A DNA stretch of 60,686 nt, taken from NCBI RefSeq assembly GCF_000485595.1, contig NW_014577076.1, positions 264,948 through 325,633 of the forward strand. The letters are read 5' to 3'. The stretch's first letter is position 1. Each line of letters begins with the position of its first letter. A program made the translations under genes and the position numbers. The notes under the pieces are model-generated. The model was not told the origin of the DNA, searched no databases, and worked only from the letters and a program-made list of their open reading frames with translations. The stretch is from Priapulus caudatus. Lineage: Eukaryota. Positions 57,260-60,686 of this stretch are shown piece after piece.

Positions 57260-60200
57260 AAATTACCGTAAAATAAATGTAAATCGGCATTTAGTAAACC
57301 GCGAAACTCTCGTCTCAGACCCTTGCCCCCGTACAGCATGTATGTTGACAGGAAACTGCGCCCCTCTACCGAGTTCCGAAATTTTTACCGGCGTAGGAAT
57401 GTGTTCAGGCTACGGCCCTGTGCTCCCTATACTCCTCTTGATCCCCTTTCACTTCTTTTTCTTCTTTGCATTCTTTTTTCGCTCGTCCCTCTCCTTCTCC
57501 CCCCCCCATTCCGTCTATTTTTTGCCGTCGTCTTCCTCTTTATACCATAATGGGCTAAACCACGACAATACCACAATAACAAATATAATCAGTATATAGT
57601 CAATAATATAGTCATTAAAAGAGCGGCCGCGTGTGTAATTGAGCGTGAAAGTTTAGTGATCATGTAATAATGTGTTTGTTACCCCGTGATCGATAGGGTT
57701 CTGCGCATATTATTAAGATATACCGCTGTACGCATTATACATAAATTAGCCAACACTGAAGGTACGTATTTCAAACACACACATATTTAATAGTCGGTAA
57801 TGACGGTAACATATATATGCCCGTAATAGTGAACAGTAGTGTACAGCTGTGTACGCGACATACAAACATGAACTTACATATGTATAGTAGTCTTCGTCAA
57901 CGTTGAAAACAGTACGGATATCGCTTGCCACGTTCGTAGAGTCAGAGTGCAAATAGTAGAGACTGCCGCTATATATTCCCGTGCTGCGTGCACACTGTTA
58001 TATATACTGCGCCTTCCTATTGTTTAGGTTCTGGTCACGCTGCATAGTTCAGCGGCATATAGTGCATGGTACGAGGTCAGCTGCGTGTTTACACAAAAGG
58101 CTTGTCCTGTACTCTGACTACTTAGGTTATTATGCAATTATCCTATTCCTATCTTATTTGACTATTTCTGTATTACATTACTCCCTCACCATATGACAAG
58201 TTGGGAGCCGTACTAATGCGGCGAACAACTTCTGTCAACGTTGTGATGCATTGCTTTTAATACGTATATTTTTAACTTTTTTTTATAACCGGAAAGACTA
58301 AATTATCGGTGCATCTAAACTTTACTTTTCTCTATTATCTATTCCTTCCTTGTTTTGCTTCTTTATGGCTATGCATTAAGCTATTTCATTTTTATTTTGT
58401 TACTTAAAACACCTTCACCTTAATTTACTTAACTAAATTAACTAAAATTTACTTTAACTAACAATGGATTTTTATTTTACTTTATCTTCTATTAAACATT
58501 ATTTTCTGTTATATAATAATAAACAATCTAGCGAAGTCGCCGTCGTCCTCGTGGTCCGTTGGTGTGGGGTCCGTGTCGTCGCTGTGGTGGTCGTCGTCTC
58601 GTGATCGTCGTCGTCGTAGCTCGTGTGCACTGGCGGTGCTCCACTGGGCTTCGGGTCCCAGTTGTAAAAGTCCTCCTCGTCGTCGTTGTCCTCGCGGTCG
58701 CGGTCGTCGTTGTGGTTGTCGTCGTGGCGGTCGGCACCCCGTTTGCGGGTAGGGTAAACTGACTCGCACAGAATCGTGTGTGCGGTAGCTCTCCTTGTGA
58801 GCTCGGCTCCTGGTTGGTGCGGCGAGCTACGTAACTGTCGATATGACGTGGTTCGCCGATGTCGCTATTGTCCCACCATATCGTGTCTTGGCGTCGGTTG
58901 GCCACATGTTGATGCCGCATCCCTCCATCATAATGGTGCTGGTATAGTGACTGCAGGTGCTCAAAAGAGGATAGGTTAACGTAACATGTAATTACAACGG
59001 TGATTAGTGGCACTTGACAATAGCGTGCTTAAAACAATAAACAATGCATTTAAAATATGTGAGTTTGTGCGTCGTAGCAAATATTGTGCTAAACATGGTG
59101 TAACATACCGTGTAATATAGTGAATACATATAGTGCATTATCGTGAATCATACACGGTGCGTGATACAAACATGTGTTTGTTAATTACCTAGTGACACAA
59201 TACATCGCACGTCCTATTCCTATTCCTATCTTATTTGACTATTTCTGTATTACAATCAACTAGTCGTCACTTCGATCAATCGGTGCAGTAATCTGGAAAG
59301 ACGACATAGCTATAATTTAAATACAAGCTCTGATTATCGGCGGGACTTTGAAGACGAGGCAATATACAACTAGTTTCTAGTCTTTGCAATCAGAGAGCTC
59401 GAAACATAGCACTAAAGCCTCCATAAGAGGGTAATAAATATGGCCGTTCAATCTAACTTTGTAAATTTGTATAGTTCTGTTTTGTTATATCTGTCAAGAT
59501 TTTGAATCTGTCACGTAATATATCGCTGTCGATACTGATATAAACCATAGTAGGTATTGAATGCCGCGGCAACTGTGACATTTATTTGTACTTTATTATG
59601 GATGTGCCTATATGCACACATATCAGGCGTTAATTAATAGAGATCCTATTCAAGTATCCCTGCACATATCATACAACTACTCCAGAGGCCGCAGCGCACT
59701 GGAAACGTTATTTTCATTTTACGAAGACATTAATCGCGTCAGCAACCAAAGTACAACGTTACAACTGCTACTACACTTTCTATTCGCACCACCTTTAGGG
59801 CTACTATCATATTCATGTCTCTCTCTCTCTCTTTCTCTCTACCCGGCCATCGCTCTATTCCACCTTCCGCGTTATATTACCCGTACATATTACCCTAATG
59901 TAGTAATGATGTTATTTACGTAATATATTGTTATTTCCGCAATCGTATCTAGTTACTCCCAATTGCTTCTAAATTTTAGACAATTTATACGAGAACGTTG
60001 TACTGATGAGTTGGTATTAACGACCTTTGCCTTTGTTCTGGGTCTATTTACATTATTGTACTGGAATATCATGTTAATTGTTTTCAGTATGATATCGATA
60101 TACAATGACTATTATATACTATCGATTTATATACTATCGGTTTATTTTATGTGTGCCATGATGTTATGCTTACGATATCTGAATCAATATCCTCTTAAAA

Positions 60201-60348
60201 TTATGTCACGATTATATGACATTATAATATTTGTACAAATATATTTTCTTATTTATCTTGCCAAGTATGTCTGCAATTCTAATCCGCTGCACGTTGTATA
60301 CTGTTGTTCCTATGGTATATATACGGGGCGCCATGCAGGACAGGGCTC

Positions 60349-60564
60349 AATTTTGTCTAACAAAACTCAATTCTGTCTTACAAAACTCAATTTTGTGAAC
60401 ACAAAACTCAATTCTGTCAATCCTGTACCACAAAACTCAATTGTGTGAACACAAAACTCAATTCTGTCAATCCTGTACCACAAAACTCAATTTTGTAAAC
60501 ACAAAACTCAATTCTGTCAATCCTGTACCACAAAACTCAATTTTGTAAACACAAAACTCAATTT
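60349..60564. repeat. 50-bp higher-order minisatellite built from alternating 21- and 29-bp CAAAACTCAATT subunits
   Basis: Units start at 60381, 60431, 60481 and 60531. Confidence 0.9.
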
Positions 60565-60686
60565 ATATAGAAATATATTTCCTGCCCCGGCCTTTGGGAA
60601 ACATAGCAGTATACTGTTGTCCGTGCTACCGTTATATACTGTTTTGGTATTGAGGTTGTATCTTTAAAAGTGTTAAAAATATATGT

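Noticed and set aside
60413..60426. TCTGTCAATCCT resembles the antisense of a conserved 18S rRNA segment
   Set aside because: Only ~12 nt inside a minisatellite; consistent with chance.
59963..60448. 161-aa hydrophobic ORF
   Set aside because: AT-rich low-complexity sequence running into a minisatellite, with no motif support.

Overview
Animal (invertebrate-like, intron-rich, TE-dense) genomic DNA from a draft assembly. It has four N-gaps and several noisy, indel-rich stretches that look like unpolished long-read gap fill. I reconstructed five protein-coding genes by hand from GT-AG splice sites. (1) The 5' part of STK16 (- strand), which runs off the left edge. (2) The complete 12-exon DCAF13/SOF1 (+), head-to-head with STK16. 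(3) An intronless, GC-rich, probably GPI-anchored LRR receptor nested antisense in DCAF13 intron 9. (4) An 11-exon class C GPCR (-) with a ~125-aa insertion in its Venus-flytrap domain, preceded by a 63-codon transmembrane smORF. (5) A 3-exon Toll-like receptor (+, ~1018 aa) whose 11.9-kb first intron is almost entirely an Academ transposon (XPG nuclease + Cys8) with a second Academ inserted in its left TIR. The most interesting signal is that the nested TIR-less LRR protein aligns by eye with the C-terminal ectodomain of the neighbouring TLR, which suggests a receptor plus a GPI-anchored decoy or co-receptor. Many non-autonomous TIR elements are also present (3-, 5-, 6-, 7- and 9-bp TSD classes, and TTAGGG-carrying elements). 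I found no rRNA, tRNA or CRISPR array.
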